Origin: a virus
Length of the DNA: 46,299 nt
Direction: 5' to 3' (one strand)
Virus genome (UHGV): UHGV-0173986
Part shown: in pieces, positions 15,458 to 24,996 of the stretch
How the letters are laid out: each line of letters begins with the position of its first letter
Numbering within the stretch: the stretch's first letter is position 1
Made by a program: the position numbers and the translations under genes
The notes under the pieces: model-generated
Seen by the model: only the letters and a program-made list of their open reading frames with translations
Database searches by the model: none
What the model was told of the DNA's origin: nothing

Positions 15458-15661
15458 TCACTGAGGATTTTTAGTGATTTTTTTGAAGATCTCTAGGGCT
15501 TCGGTTGTTAACTGATCATGTTCGCTAAAGTAACTGTCACATGCTGCCTGCTTTTGAGCAGGGGATAGATTAGGGTTGCTTGTTAATTCAGCAGTTTTAG
15601 CTGCTATTCCTGCCAAACGTTCAAAAATCTCTGAAATTCTTTGGTTATCAGTAGATAGCAT
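15458..15661 (-). CDS. Small hypothetical protein (67 aa)
   Basis: ATG preceded by a GAGGT RBS. It is the only minus-strand ORF in this region with a plausible RBS. Confidence 0.3.
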   Translation of the reverse strand: MLSTDNQRISEIFERLAGIAAKTAELTSNPNLSPAQKQAACDSYFSEHDQLTTEALEIFKKITKNPQ

Positions 15662-15837
15662 TTTACTTACCTCGTATTTACCTGATATCAGTGAGTGCTA
15701 CATTGAGTCAGGGCTTCGCAATAGCTTTAAGTATTAGAATGCATACAATTTAAGTGGGCGTTGTTGGCTTATATTATGGCAGAGGCGCTGGCGGTATGGT
15801 CAGATATTGACACTTTGAATGTTTGCATCATAAATTA

Positions 15838-15958
15838 TTGAGGTGGTGAATCCCCCTATGCGGAGGGGCGACCAGTCAGTTACAGAAACCTGTAAATGCA
15901 GCGCGGGCCATGCCGACTGGGGCATGCTCACCGGGAGGCACCCGGCACCACACTGTCA
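15838..15958 (+). ncRNA. Copy A of a roughly 120-nt conserved structured element (candidate sRNA or antitermination RNA)
   Basis: GGTGGTGAATCCCCCTATGCGGAGGGGCG ... CAGCGCG ... ACCGGGAGGCACCCGGCACCAC. Two GC hairpins (cccct-N6-agggg and ccggg-N5-cccgg). About 75% identical to copy B. Confidence 0.35.
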
Positions 15959-16112
15959 CTAAGCATATTGAATATTTCATAGTGGGTTTACTTTTGCGGT
16001 TGCCCTTCTATGTTTATAGAACGTAACGGCAAAAGTGAATGCTTCCTGGTAAATCGGTAGCTCGGACTATTAGGTGCACCTTCCTTTCGTTACAGCCTTG
16101 GTTGCCAATTTT

Positions 16113-16140
16113 CTTCCCGCTTCTCTGGCGGGTTTTTTTT
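16113..16140 (+). terminator. Intrinsic terminator between the two element copies
   Basis: cccgc-ttctctg-gcggg followed by TTTTTTTT. Confidence 0.65.
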
Positions 16141-16327
16141 ATTCATAATCTGCCCAAAAAAACATCAAAGCAAGGAAGGCGATGGATTCATTTGCAGGAA
16201 CTCCTTTCCCCTTCAACGGAGACAGGCTCAAAGCAATAAGAAGCGGAACAGAAGGATGCTTTGCGCCGAAAAATTAGGTCATAGCGACGCATGGCATTGA
16301 AGAGATGTTATTGAGATGTTAAGTTTT

Positions 16328-16478
16328 ATGGGTGGTGAATCCCCCTAGCGGAGGGGCGTAAACAGTTAGAAGCGAATCCTCAGCGCGAGTCACGGTGACT
16401 GACCAACGACTTACCGGGAAGCACCCGGCACCACCACTTCACCTCAAGCCCACGTTAACGCGTGGGCTGTTCTTTTCC
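16328..16478 (+). ncRNA. Copy B of the structured element with its own 3' intrinsic terminator (candidate ~150-nt sRNA unit about 150 bp upstream of the holin)
   Basis: GGGTGGTGAATCCCCCTAGCGGAGGGGCG ... CAGCGCG ... ACCGGGAAGCACCCGGCACCACC then AGCCCACGttaaCGTGGGCTgttctttt. Upstream ttattgaga/tttatg elements could be a promoter. Confidence 0.4.
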
Positions 16479-16626
16479 AGCGGATCTATTCAAAGGCTGC
16501 GCATTTGCGTGGCCTTTTTCATTTCAGGCTCACGGGAATCATCATCGATACGGCTCGTTGTTAAATCAGCCCGATGGGCCTGACCCCCTACACGCACAAA
16601 GCACCCCGTTAATCCGGAGGTGGAGT

Positions 16627-16842
16627 ATGTATCGAATGGACAAGCTAACAACAGGTATTGCCTACGGAACGTCCGCAGGTAACGCGGGGTTCTGGATGTT
16701 GCAATTGCTCGACAAAGTATCCCCATCCCAGTGGGCCGCTATTGGTGTTCTGGGAAGTCTGGTATTTGGCTTGCTGACATACCTGACGAATCTGTATTTC
16801 AAAATTAAAGAAGACCGGCGAAAAGCTGTGCGAGGTGAATAA
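16627..16842 (+). CDS. S: Class II holin of the phage-21 S21 (pinholin) family, dual-start motif
   Basis: [71 protein letters not shown] is near-identical in pattern to S21 ([68 protein letters not shown]). GGAGGTGGAG RBS. Confidence 0.9.
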   Translation: MYRMDKLTTGIAYGTSAGNAGFWMLQLLDKVSPSQWAAIGVLGSLVFGLLTYLTNLYFKIKEDRRKAVRGE

Positions 16843-17339
16843 TGTCTCCGACACTACGTAAAAGCGTTCGTGCTGCAGTCGGCGGTGGAGCCTTTGCGAT
16901 TGCCTCTGCACTCATTACTGGCCCGACGGGTAATGATGGGCTTGAGGGAGTGCGATACGACCCTTATCAGGATGTGGTAGGTGTCTGGACGGTTTGCTAC
17001 GGCCACACAGGTAAAGACATCATGCTCGGCAAAACCTATACCGAGGCAGAGTGTCGGGCGCTACTAAATAAAGACCTGAATACCGTCGCCAGGCAGATCA
17101 ACCCTTACATCAAAAAACCGATCCCAGAAACTATGCGTGGGGCTTTGTACTCGTTCGCCTATAACGTCGGAACTGGTAACTTCCAGACCTCCACACTGCT
17201 TCGCAAAATCAACCAGGGTGACCCTAAAGGAGCGTGCGATCAACTGCTCCGCTGGACCTATGCCAAAGGTAAGCAGTGGAAAGGACTTATTACCCGGAGG
17301 GAAGTTGAGCGTGAAGTTTGTTTATGGGAGCAAAGATGA
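16842..17339 (+). CDS. R: SAR endolysin (lysozyme, R21 type with an N-terminal signal-arrest-release domain)
   Basis: N-terminal [23 protein letters not shown] segment and a T4-lysozyme-like catalytic region (...[23 protein letters not shown]...). Start overlaps the holin stop. Confidence 0.9.
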   Translation: MSPTLRKSVRAAVGGGAFAIASALITGPTGNDGLEGVRYDPYQDVVGVWTVCYGHTGKDIMLGKTYTEAECRALLNKDLNTVARQINPYIKKPIPETMRGALYSFAYNVGTGNFQTSTLLRKINQGDPKGACDQLLRWTYAKGKQWKGLITRREVEREVCLWEQR

Positions 17340-17686
17340 GTCGCTTAACCGCCGTTATCATCGCTATAACAATCCTGCTGGCCTCTAACGTGATTTCGTG
17401 GCGCTCAGGCTGGAGTTCTCACGCTGATCACATCAATGCTCAAGCTTCAAAGAAGAGAGAGAAGGCCGAGAGTACCATTAAGCCTGTAGAGGAAAAGGCC
17501 GCTACTGCTAACGAAGCGGGTAAGGTCATCTACAAAACAATAACCCGTGACGTGGTGAAATATGTTCAGTCTCCGAATCGTATTGTATGCAGGTTTGATG
17601 ATGATGCTGTGCAGCTGCGTCAGCGCGCCATCGATGCTGCCAACTCCATCCCCGGATTTGATGAGCCCGCCGTGCAAAGCAAGTGA
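17336..17686 (+). CDS. Rz: Rz-like inner-membrane spanin (i-spanin)
   Basis: [23 protein letters not shown]-terminal TMD and a coiled-coil-rich periplasmic part. Immediately after the endolysin. Confidence 0.7.
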   Translation: MSRLTAVIIAITILLASNVISWRSGWSSHADHINAQASKKREKAESTIKPVEEKAATANEAGKVIYKTITRDVVKYVQSPNRIVCRFDDDAVQLRQRAIDAANSIPGFDEPAVQSK

Positions 17687-17804
17687 CGCCGCGAAGGACA
17701 GCGACGAAGATCTGCAGGCTGATATTGAAAGCACTCAGTGCTTGCGGCAACTGAGATTGGATAAGTACCGCTGGCAGGCTTATTATAAAGCGATAGCCCG
17801 ATAG
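17562..17804 (+). CDS. Rz1: Rz1-like outer-membrane lipoprotein spanin (o-spanin), embedded in the +1 frame of Rz and extending past it
   Basis: [37 protein letters not shown]: lipoprotein signal with Cys and a Pro-rich mature region. GGTGA RBS. Confidence 0.6.
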   Translation: MFSLRIVLYAGLMMMLCSCVSAPSMLPTPSPDLMSPPCKASDAAKDSDEDLQADIESTQCLRQLRLDKYRWQAYYKAIAR

Positions 17805-18048
17805 GTTATTTTCTTGTTGAATTCAGTCCCTGCCTTGCTTATACCCTACCCAAAAATGAGTAGGTTGGTTGTGATTAGAAAATGTTATGCAAGAATGTCT
17901 GATCCAGCTTCAGGTGACAAACTGTCATTGGAAGTACTTGTATCAGATGGTGGACTTAAGATTTTATCTATTATTTTAATAAAGGAGTGGGACTCTCTCT
18001 CATGGTATAAAAGATAAGCAAGGTAAGTATATTTTACGAGGTGAACAG

Positions 18049-18225
18049 AATGCTGGGAATATCAATCTTGTCAGAGATGACACGATTGATTACACTCTTT
18101 GGGTGGTTAATAATTACACCGATGGAAATGGTGATTACGATGAATCCTCCCCTATGCTTTGCGCATTGTGCGAGGGGCAGATACTCATTATCTAATGCAA
18201 AAATACTTTTATAAGAAAACCATTA
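18049..18225 (+). CDS. Possible small membrane protein (58 aa) in the post-lysis moron
   Basis: GAGGTG RBS 7 nt before ATG. MLGISILSEMTRLITLFGWLIITPMEMVITM... AT-rich context. Confidence 0.2.
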
Positions 18226-18765
18226 AGGCTTGATGAGCTCAGGTTTGAATATAACTAATCATCATACGCGCCTTATATGTTCGAAGGACATAACAACTCT
18301 TAGGTATCCTGTTTATGGATATCCTGGAAATGTGCTGCTGGTGGGCTTAGTTCTTGGAGTCTTTTGTCCAGCAGTTTCAGGTTATAAAAAACCCCGTGGA
18401 GTAAATCCGACAGATTGACGGGGTGCTGCAGGGGCAGCCAATGTAGGAGTATAGTCAGATTGCGGGATGTTTTTCTACTGGTTTTGAGAAAAAATGGAAG
18501 GCCAGATACTACAGGAAGTGGCTCATCCCTAAGCTCACAGGTAGAACGACGGACTTTGTCGTGGCAGAGCAAAGTCATTAGATAGTTTAGACAACACTCC
18601 GGATATAACAAGCGTAGCGGGTGTAAATCAGTTAACGGAGCTCAGCGGCTAAGGCATCAAGCATTCACTAAGTGGCTTTGATAATGCTATAGTTCGCCAG
18701 AAAGAACAGATTGCATGGTGTCATGCGATACAGCTCATATTTAGAACGTCAGGGTTAAGTTAGCG

Positions 18766-18954
18766 GTGAATATAACTATTAATAGTGGGTTTTTTGGTTA
18801 TTTGCTTTTTTTATTGACTATGTGGCCAGTTTTTATAACGATGTGTCTAGCAATGTCTATAGCATTTTACGGAGTGCTAATGAAGAAGACTGCACTTGCC
18901 TGGCTGCTTTCTGCTTTATTTTTTGGCATATTTGGGGGGCTGTATGGGTATTAA
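18766..18954 (+). CDS. Possible small hydrophobic protein (62 aa, GTG start)
   Basis: Two predicted TM segments (FFGYLLFLLTMWPVFITMCLAMSIAFYGVL / LAWLLSALFFGIFGGLYGY). Confidence 0.25.
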   Translation: MNITINSGFFGYLLFLLTMWPVFITMCLAMSIAFYGVLMKKTALAWLLSALFFGIFGGLYGY

Positions 18955-19057
18955 CTTACTGATATTGAGGTTTTTTTGAAGCCTGCAAGAATTCATTGCA
19001 GTCGTCATCCATCGAATTCATGTATGCTGATAAGGATTTTTAAAGGAAAAGGAATGG

Positions 19058-19282
19058 ATGATGAATACCCAGAAGCTTCTGGATACATACATGTTAGTTG
19101 GTGCCGGTCTTTCTCGCGTCAAATATGAGATTTTCACGGGAGATGAAGGGTCATATGCATTCATTACGATTTATGCATATGAGCCTCATTTCCATATTAA
19201 GGGCTATGATTCCTTAAAGTTAGACGAAACTGTTGATGTCAGATCTCAGATCGAAGGGCATTTCGCAGATACCTACCAGTAG
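19058..19282 (+). CDS. Hypothetical moron protein (74 aa) followed by its own terminator
   Basis: AAGGAAAAGGA RBS. ORF MMNTQKLLDTYMLVGAGLSRVKYEIFTGDEGSYAFITIYAYEPHFH... ends 25 nt before an intrinsic terminator. Confidence 0.5.
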   Translation: MMNTQKLLDTYMLVGAGLSRVKYEIFTGDEGSYAFITIYAYEPHFHIKGYDSLKLDETVDVRSQIEGHFADTYQ

Positions 19283-19306
19283 CCAAAACCATATTTCTGA
19301 ATCTAC

Positions 19307-19331
19307 AGCCCCGCTTATGCGGGGCTTTTTA
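19307..19331 (+). terminator. Intrinsic terminator
   Basis: gccccgc-ttat-gcggggc followed by TTTTT. Confidence 0.75.
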
Positions 19332-19425
19332 TTGGGGTGAATATGGCATCAAGTTCACCCTGGCATCATCCCTGTAACACAAAACGGTGTTAACGACTGC
19401 GTTATCACTAACTTCGGAAAAAGTT

Positions 19426-19775
19426 ATGCCTCCACGCGCTAAACGACCTTGCCGGCACAAAGGATGCACGGCAGTAACGAATGATGTCAGATCCATCGGC
19501 AGCAACACGCCGGTGATGGCTGGCGTAACTATCAGCCCGGAAAAACTCGGCATGCACGTGGTTATGGTCTTCCGTGGGAAATTAAACGGGCCCGTATCAT
19601 GAAGAGGGATAAATACCTTTGTCAGAACTGCAGGCGAGACGGTATTGCCACGAAAGCCTCAAGTGTCGACCACATCATTCCTAAAGCTCATGGCGGTACC
19701 GATGATGACTTTAATCTGGAGTCATTATGCTGGACCTGCCACAGCAAGAAAACAGCAACAGAGAGAACCCGATGA
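19426..19775 (+). pseudogene. HNH homing-type endonuclease (packaging-associated), interrupted by a -1 frameshift near 19490
   Basis: Frame A gives the conserved N-terminus MPPRAKRPCRHKGCTAVTNDV then nonsense. The -1 frame gives ...HARGYGLPWEIKRARIMKRDKYLCQNCRRDGIATKASSVDHIIPKAHGGTDDDFNLESLCWTCHSKKTATERTR* (HNH motif). Either a real pseudogene or a sequencing indel. Confidence 0.6.
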
Positions 19776-20044
19776 AGAGTTTCAAAATTGAATACGTTGA
19801 TGGCGTTTTGACCGTTCTGGAGACTGATGGTCAGTCACGAATGAATGAAGCCGTGCATGGCATCCATTTTGAGCATGTCCAGGGCGGCAGCCCACTGCTG
19901 AAACTGACGATTGCGCATGATATTGCACCGGCACCGGCTGCTGAGTCGGCTCAGGAACCTTTAGTGGGTGAGCTGGTACAGGATCAACAATCTCCGTTTC
20001 CCGGCGGTCGTCGTTCCCGCCATCGTAGGGGAGGTAAGCAATGA
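19772..20044 (+). CDS. Hypothetical protein (90 aa)
   Basis: ATGA-coupled to the HNH stop. MKSFKIEYVDGVLTVLETDGQSRMNEAVHGIHFEH... Confidence 0.45.
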   Translation: MKSFKIEYVDGVLTVLETDGQSRMNEAVHGIHFEHVQGGSPLLKLTIAHDIAPAPAAESAQEPLVGELVQDQQSPFPGGRRSRHRRGGKQ

Positions 20045-20463
20045 TGTATAAACGCACGGATCTAACGCTCTCCATGTTCTATGCATCCAGCGCTGATGCA
20101 GACGGGAACAAAGTGGCTACGTTGACGATGCAGGTAATTGCAGCAGAGGTTGGAGCCGTCCAGACCAGCCGGCTGCGATGTATAACCGATAGCGTGAAGA
20201 AAAAAACGTATAGCGTAGGTGAACAATCTGTCAGTAATGGTTCCGATCCGTTGCTGGTCGCGATTGAGAATTACTGGCGTCAGAGCACGGATGTCGTCGT
20301 TAAAGGATTGATCGCCGAGGTGACCGACTTCATTGCAGGGAACATCAACTCAGTTAGCACCTGGATCGGTCAGTTTGGGATGAAGGTTTTCGAGAATCAG
20401 CCATTAGCTGAACGGCTACCAGAAAGTGTACTGCAGGCCGATGGCAGTACGCCCGAAAGATGA
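20041..20463 (+). CDS. Hypothetical protein (140 aa)
   Basis: Coupled (ATGATG/TGA overlap) with the upstream gene. No recognisable family. Confidence 0.45.
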   Translation: MMYKRTDLTLSMFYASSADADGNKVATLTMQVIAAEVGAVQTSRLRCITDSVKKKTYSVGEQSVSNGSDPLLVAIENYWRQSTDVVVKGLIAEVTDFIAGNINSVSTWIGQFGMKVFENQPLAERLPESVLQADGSTPER

Positions 20464-20694
20464 GCATTCACAGAGGTCGTTCAATGAGCGGCCTCGATAA
20501 TTGCCCAGCAATTACAAACGATAATCATTATCTAATGGGTCCTCCTGGCGGGGTGGCCTTCCACGGGGCGGCGCGCTCGCGGGAATCGGCTGGTTTTCTG
20601 GATCCATGGTCATCATCATCATTTGCACAGGTTGTTGATTTTATTGATGCCTGTTTTGCAATGATGTCGAAACGGTTAAAAAGTGTTCACCATC

Positions 20695-21183
20695 ATGGAT
20701 CAGGAAATCGCTTCTCTGAAGCTGAATATCAATCAGCTGGCGGGCATAACCAATGTCCACCGTCAGACAGTGGCCGCCAGGCTGAAAAATGTTGAGCCGG
20801 CGCCAGGCAGCAACAGCAAACTAAAACTGTATTTAGTTACCGACGTTCTGGCTGAGTTAATGATCCCCACGGTTTCAACAAATCTTGAGGACATGCCGCC
20901 GGCTGACAGGCTGGCGCACTGGAAAGCAGAGAACGAGCGGATCAAGTTTGAGCAGGATACGGGGCAACTGATCCCGGCAGATGAAGTTGCCAGGGAGTTT
21001 TCAGTAATGGCAAAAGCTGTAGTGATGGTGCTGGAAACCCTCCCTGATGTACTCGAGCGCGATTGTGCGCTTCCACCTGCAGCGGTTTCCCGTGTTCAAA
21101 GTGTGATTGACGATTTGCGCGACCAGATGGCCCAGAAGGTCATGGAAGCCGAAGCAGAGGAGGATGAGCCAGAGGAGGACTGA
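20695..21183 (+). CDS. terS: Terminase small subunit (HTH DNA-binding)
   Basis: MDQEIASLKLNINQLAGITNVHRQTVAARLKNVEP N-terminal HTH and an acidic C-terminal tail. Its stop overlaps the TerL start. Confidence 0.65.
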   Translation: MDQEIASLKLNINQLAGITNVHRQTVAARLKNVEPAPGSNSKLKLYLVTDVLAELMIPTVSTNLEDMPPADRLAHWKAENERIKFEQDTGQLIPADEVAREFSVMAKAVVMVLETLPDVLERDCALPPAAVSRVQSVIDDLRDQMAQKVMEAEAEEDEPEED

Positions 21184-23285
21184 TGGCAAAGCGGGCATCC
21201 GCCAGGGGGATCCGTCGGGATGTCTCCGGAATTTTACGCGCGCCACGCCGCATGCTGGTTGCCGACGCGGTGGCCGAGTATATGCGTGTGCCAATGGGCG
21301 CCGGTAACTCGGTCCCGTGGGATCCTAATCTGGCCCCTTATGTTATCGAGCCAATGAATTGCCTGGCGTCACGCGAGTATGATGCTGTGGTGTTTGTCGG
21401 CCCGGCACGAACGGGTAAGACTATTGGCCTGATTGATGGCTGGATTGTATACAGCATCGTTTGTGACCCGGCTGATATGCTGGTAATCCAGGTCTCCGAA
21501 GAGAAAGCGCGCGAACATTCAAAAAAGCGTCTTGATCGCACATTCCGTTGCAGCCCGCAGGTTAAATCAAGACTGAGCCCTCGCCGTAACGATAACAACG
21601 TTCACGATCGCACATTCCGTGCAGGTAACTATCTGAAGCTAGGCTGGCCTTCAGTCAATATTATGTCCTCGTCGGACTATAAATTTGTTGCTCTCACCGA
21701 CTACGACCGCTTCCCGGAGGACATCGACGGGGAGGGGGACGGATTCTCGCTTGCCTCCAAACGTACCACCACATTTATGTCATCGGGGATGACCCTGGTC
21801 GAAAGCTCACCTGGCCGCGACATTCTCGATACGAAATGGCGGCAGAGTTCACCCCATGAAGCACCGCCCACAACGGGCGTGTTGTCACTGTATAACCGCG
21901 GGGACCGCCGGCGGCTTTACTGGCCTTGCCCGCATTGTGGGGAATATTTTCAGCCTGAAGTTGCCAACATGACTGGCTACCGTGACACGACGGACCTGGT
22001 CACAGCCAGCGAAGCGGCCTATCTGCAATGCCCGGCCTGCAAAGGAAAAGTGCTTCCTGCGATGAAGCGCGAGCTGAACATGAAAAGCGTCTGGCTACGT
22101 GACGGGCAGTCAATTGATCGGGATGGAAACATTAAAGGGGAGGGGCGGCGGTCACGCATTGCTTCTTTCTGGATGGAAGGGCCAGCAGCTGCTTACCAGA
22201 CCTGGTCACAGCTAATTTATAAATATCTGGCGGCTGAACAGGAATACGAAAAAACCCATAGCGAAGAAACACTAAAAACGGTCGTTAACACTGACTTTGG
22301 TCGCCCTTATCTGCCGCGGGCGAGTACCGAACAGCGTAAAAGCGAACTGCTCGAACAGCGGGCCGAGGATGTCCCGAAACGTTTTGTGCCTGATGGTGTT
22401 TGTTTCCTGGTGGCAACGGTTGACGTTCAGGGGGGACGTAATCGCCGCTTTGTCGTTCAGGTCACTGGCTACGGAAGCATGGGCGAACGGTGGCTGGTGG
22501 ACCGTTATAACATCCGCCAGTCACTCCGGTGCGACGCTAACGGCGAAAGCCTGCCCATCGATCCAGCCAGTTACCCGGAGGACTGGGATCTGCTGCTGAC
22601 CGATGTCTTTTACAAGACGTGGCGAATGGCATCCGATCCCCGCCGGTGTATGCGCCTGATGGCAATGGCAGTCGATTCCGGCGGTGAGGATGGTGTCACC
22701 GATAATGCCTACCGATTCTGGCGTAAATGCCGTCGGGAGGGAATTGGCCGGAATGTTTACCTGTTTAAAGGTGACGGTCATCGACGCGAAAAGCTGATCA
22801 CCCAATCCCTGCCAGATAACACCGGCCGTTCGGCGCGCCGGGCGAAAGCCGCGGGGGATGTCCCGCTATATCTGCTGCAAACCAATGACCTCAAAGACCG
22901 GGTAAACAATGCCTTGTGGCGCGAAACACCGGGGCCGAATTACATCCATTTCCCGAAGTGGCTGGGGAGCTGGTTTTACGACGAACTGACTTACGAGGAG
23001 CGTGATTCTGATGGCAAATGGAGCAAGCCGGGTCGCGGCGCCAACGAAGCTTTTGACCTGCTGGTTTACGCTGATGCGCTGGTTATCCTTCGCGGATACG
23101 AAAAAATTAAATGGCCTGATGCGCCGGACTGGGCGCGGCGGGAAACGTGGATGGAGAACGTGCCGCCGGAAACTGGCGAAGAAGCACCCCCGGCGCCAGC
23201 GCCGGTCCAGACCAAAAAGCGCAAACGCAAAAAAACCGTAACTGATGATGCTAACCCATGGGCCACCTCAGGAGGCTGGTTATGA
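21183..23285 (+). CDS. terL: Terminase large subunit, lambda gpA family
   Basis: 700 aa with Walker A ...VFVGPARTGKT... and a lambda-A-like nuclease C-terminal region. Confidence 0.9.
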   Translation: MAKRASARGIRRDVSGILRAPRRMLVADAVAEYMRVPMGAGNSVPWDPNLAPYVIEPMNCLASREYDAVVFVGPARTGKTIGLIDGWIVYSIVCDPADMLVIQVSEEKAREHSKKRLDRTFRCSPQVKSRLSPRRNDNNVHDRTFRAGNYLKLGWPSVNIMSSSDYKFVALTDYDRFPEDIDGEGDGFSLASKRTTTFMSSGMTLVESSPGRDILDTKWRQSSPHEAPPTTGVLSLYNRGDRRRLYWPCPHCGEYFQPEVANMTGYRDTTDLVTASEAAYLQCPACKGKVLPAMKRELNMKSVWLRDGQSIDRDGNIKGEGRRSRIASFWMEGPAAAYQTWSQLIYKYLAAEQEYEKTHSEETLKTVVNTDFGRPYLPRASTEQRKSELLEQRAEDVPKRFVPDGVCFLVATVDVQGGRNRRFVVQVTGYGSMGERWLVDRYNIRQSLRCDANGESLPIDPASYPEDWDLLLTDVFYKTWRMASDPRRCMRLMAMAVDSGGEDGVTDNAYRFWRKCRREGIGRNVYLFKGDGHRREKLITQSLPDNTGRSARRAKAAGDVPLYLLQTNDLKDRVNNALWRETPGPNYIHFPKWLGSWFYDELTYEERDSDGKWSKPGRGANEAFDLLVYADALVILRGYEKIKWPDAPDWARRETWMENVPPETGEEAPPAPAPVQTKKRKRKKTVTDDANPWATSGGWL

Positions 23286-23494
23286 ATAAAAGTGATATTG
23301 AGGCCATGATCCAGCGCTATGCCGAAGCGGAGATGGCGGTACTGGATGGCAAATCCATCAAATTTAACGGTCAGGAAATGACCATGGAAAACCTGTCCGA
23401 AATCCGTAAAGGGCGGCAGGAGTGGGAGCGGCGTCTTACTTCCCTGAATAATCAGCGCCGGGGGCGGCCTGGCTACAAACTGGCGAGGTTTTAA
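23282..23494 (+). CDS. W: Head-tail joining protein gpW-like
   Basis: 70 aa. MNKSDIEAMIQRYAEAEMAVLDGKSIKFNGQEMTMENLSEIRKGRQEWERRLTSLNNQRRGRPGYKLARF parallels lambda W (...RRRGPAGFYV). AGGAGG RBS. Confidence 0.6.
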   Translation: MNKSDIEAMIQRYAEAEMAVLDGKSIKFNGQEMTMENLSEIRKGRQEWERRLTSLNNQRRGRPGYKLARF

Positions 23495-24996
23495 TGTCTT
23501 TACTTGATGATGCGATAGGTGTCATTTCTCCCGGCTGGAAGGCTGCGAGGCTAAGATCCCGCGCCATGATACAGGCATATGAAGCCGTTAAGCCCACCCG
23601 TACCCACAAAGCCCGAAGAGAGAATCGTTCCGCTGACCAGCTCAGCAAGATGGGGGCCGTCTCTCTCCGTGAGCAGGCGAGGTGGCTTGATAATAACCAC
23701 GATTTAGTGATTGGCATTTTCGATAAGCTTGAAGAGCGGGTGGTAGGTAAAAGCGGGATTATTGTGGAGCCGCATCCGAAGCTCAAGAATGGCAAGATCG
23801 CTAAAAAGCTGGCGGCGGATATCCGGCAGAAATGGGGGGAATGGTCTATTCGACCGGAAGTGACCCATCAGTTTACCCGCCCCATGCTGGAGCGCCTGAT
23901 GTTACGCAGCTGGTTGCGCGACGGGGAGGTTTTTGCACAGATCGTCAGCGGCACAGGCAATGGCCTGACGCCTACCGCCGGGGTGCCGTTCTGGCTGGAA
24001 GCGCTTGAGGCTGATTTTGTTCCCCAGACCAGCAACGAGTCAGACAAGCTAAATCAGGGGGTATATACCGATAACTGGGGCAGGCCAAAGGGCTATCTGG
24101 TTTATAAAAGCCTGCCGATCTCTGGCAGGCAACTGGAAACGAAACGGGTTGATGCGGAAAACATGCTCCACCTGAAGTTTGTCCGCCGGCTGCATCAGAC
24201 GCGCGGAACGTCGCTTTTGTCCGGCGTTCTTATGCGACTCAGTGCTCTGAAAGAATACGAAGATGCTGAACTGACTGCAGCACGCATCGCCGCCGCCCTT
24301 GGGATGTATATCAAAAAAGGGGATGGGCAAAGCTGGGATGAAAACGCCGGTAAGGATGATGATCGTGAGCTGAATATTCAGCCCGGCATTATCTACGACG
24401 ACCTGCTGCCCGGCGAGGATATCGGCATGGTCAAATCCGATCGCCCGAATCCCAATCTTGAAACCTTCCGCAACGGCCAGCTGCGAGCTGTGTCCGCGGG
24501 CAGCCGTCTGAGTTTTTCCAGTACCGCCAGAAACTATAACGGCACTTACAGTGCTCAGCGGCAGGAGCTGGTGGAATCGACAGACGGATATCTCATTCTC
24601 CAGGACTGGTTTATTGGCGCCGTGACACGTCCGATGTATCGCGCCTGGCTGAAGATGGCTGTCGCCAGCGGCCAAATCACGTTACCACGCGGGCTGGATA
24701 TTGAGTCCTTATACACCGCTGTGTATTCCGGCCCGGTCATGCCATGGATTGATCCCGTCAAGGAGGCTAATGCCTGGAAGGCTCAAATACGCGGTGGCGC
24801 TGCGACGGAATCAGACTGGGTTCGTGCCAGCGGGCGTCATCCCGATGATGTGAAAGCACGCCGGAAGGCCGAAATCGATGAAAACCGTGAGCAGGGGCTG
24901 ATATTTGATACTGATCCTGCCAATGACAGAGGAGGCACCAGTGCCGATGCCAAAGAACTGGACGCTTCAACGTCCGAAAGCAAGCGTAAAAAGTAA
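23494..24996 (+). CDS. B: Portal protein (lambda gpB family)
   Basis: 500 aa, following W as in lambda. N-terminal MSLLDDAIGVISPGWKAARLRSRAMIQAYEAV... is lambda-portal-like. Confidence 0.85.
   Translation: MSLLDDAIGVISPGWKAARLRSRAMIQAYEAVKPTRTHKARRENRSADQLSKMGAVSLREQARWLDNNHDLVIGIFDKLEERVVGKSGIIVEPHPKLKNGKIAKKLAADIRQKWGEWSIRPEVTHQFTRPMLERLMLRSWLRDGEVFAQIVSGTGNGLTPTAGVPFWLEALEADFVPQTSNESDKLNQGVYTDNWGRPKGYLVYKSLPISGRQLETKRVDAENMLHLKFVRRLHQTRGTSLLSGVLMRLSALKEYEDAELTAARIAAALGMYIKKGDGQSWDENAGKDDDRELNIQPGIIYDDLLPGEDIGMVKSDRPNPNLETFRNGQLRAVSAGSRLSFSSTARNYNGTYSAQRQELVESTDGYLILQDWFIGAVTRPMYRAWLKMAVASGQITLPRGLDIESLYTAVYSGPVMPWIDPVKEANAWKAQIRGGAATESDWVRASGRHPDDVKARRKAEIDENREQGLIFDTDPANDRGGTSADAKELDASTSESKRKK

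Noticed and set aside
15838-15870. tRNA-like T-arm resemblance (GGTGGTGAATCC) at the start of the repeated element
   Set aside because: No cloverleaf can be drawn (no D-arm or anticodon arm). Copy A has no 3' CCA, and the CCA in copy B is not preceded by an acceptor stem.
17814-18017. 67-aa ORF after Rz1
   Set aside because: No RBS. Its product reads like a translated AT-rich intergenic region, and it overlaps the better small-ORF candidate at 18049.
20460-20795. 111-aa plus-strand ORF overlapping the terS start
   Set aside because: The product is Gly/Ser/His-rich and low-complexity, and it overlaps the better-supported TerS frame.
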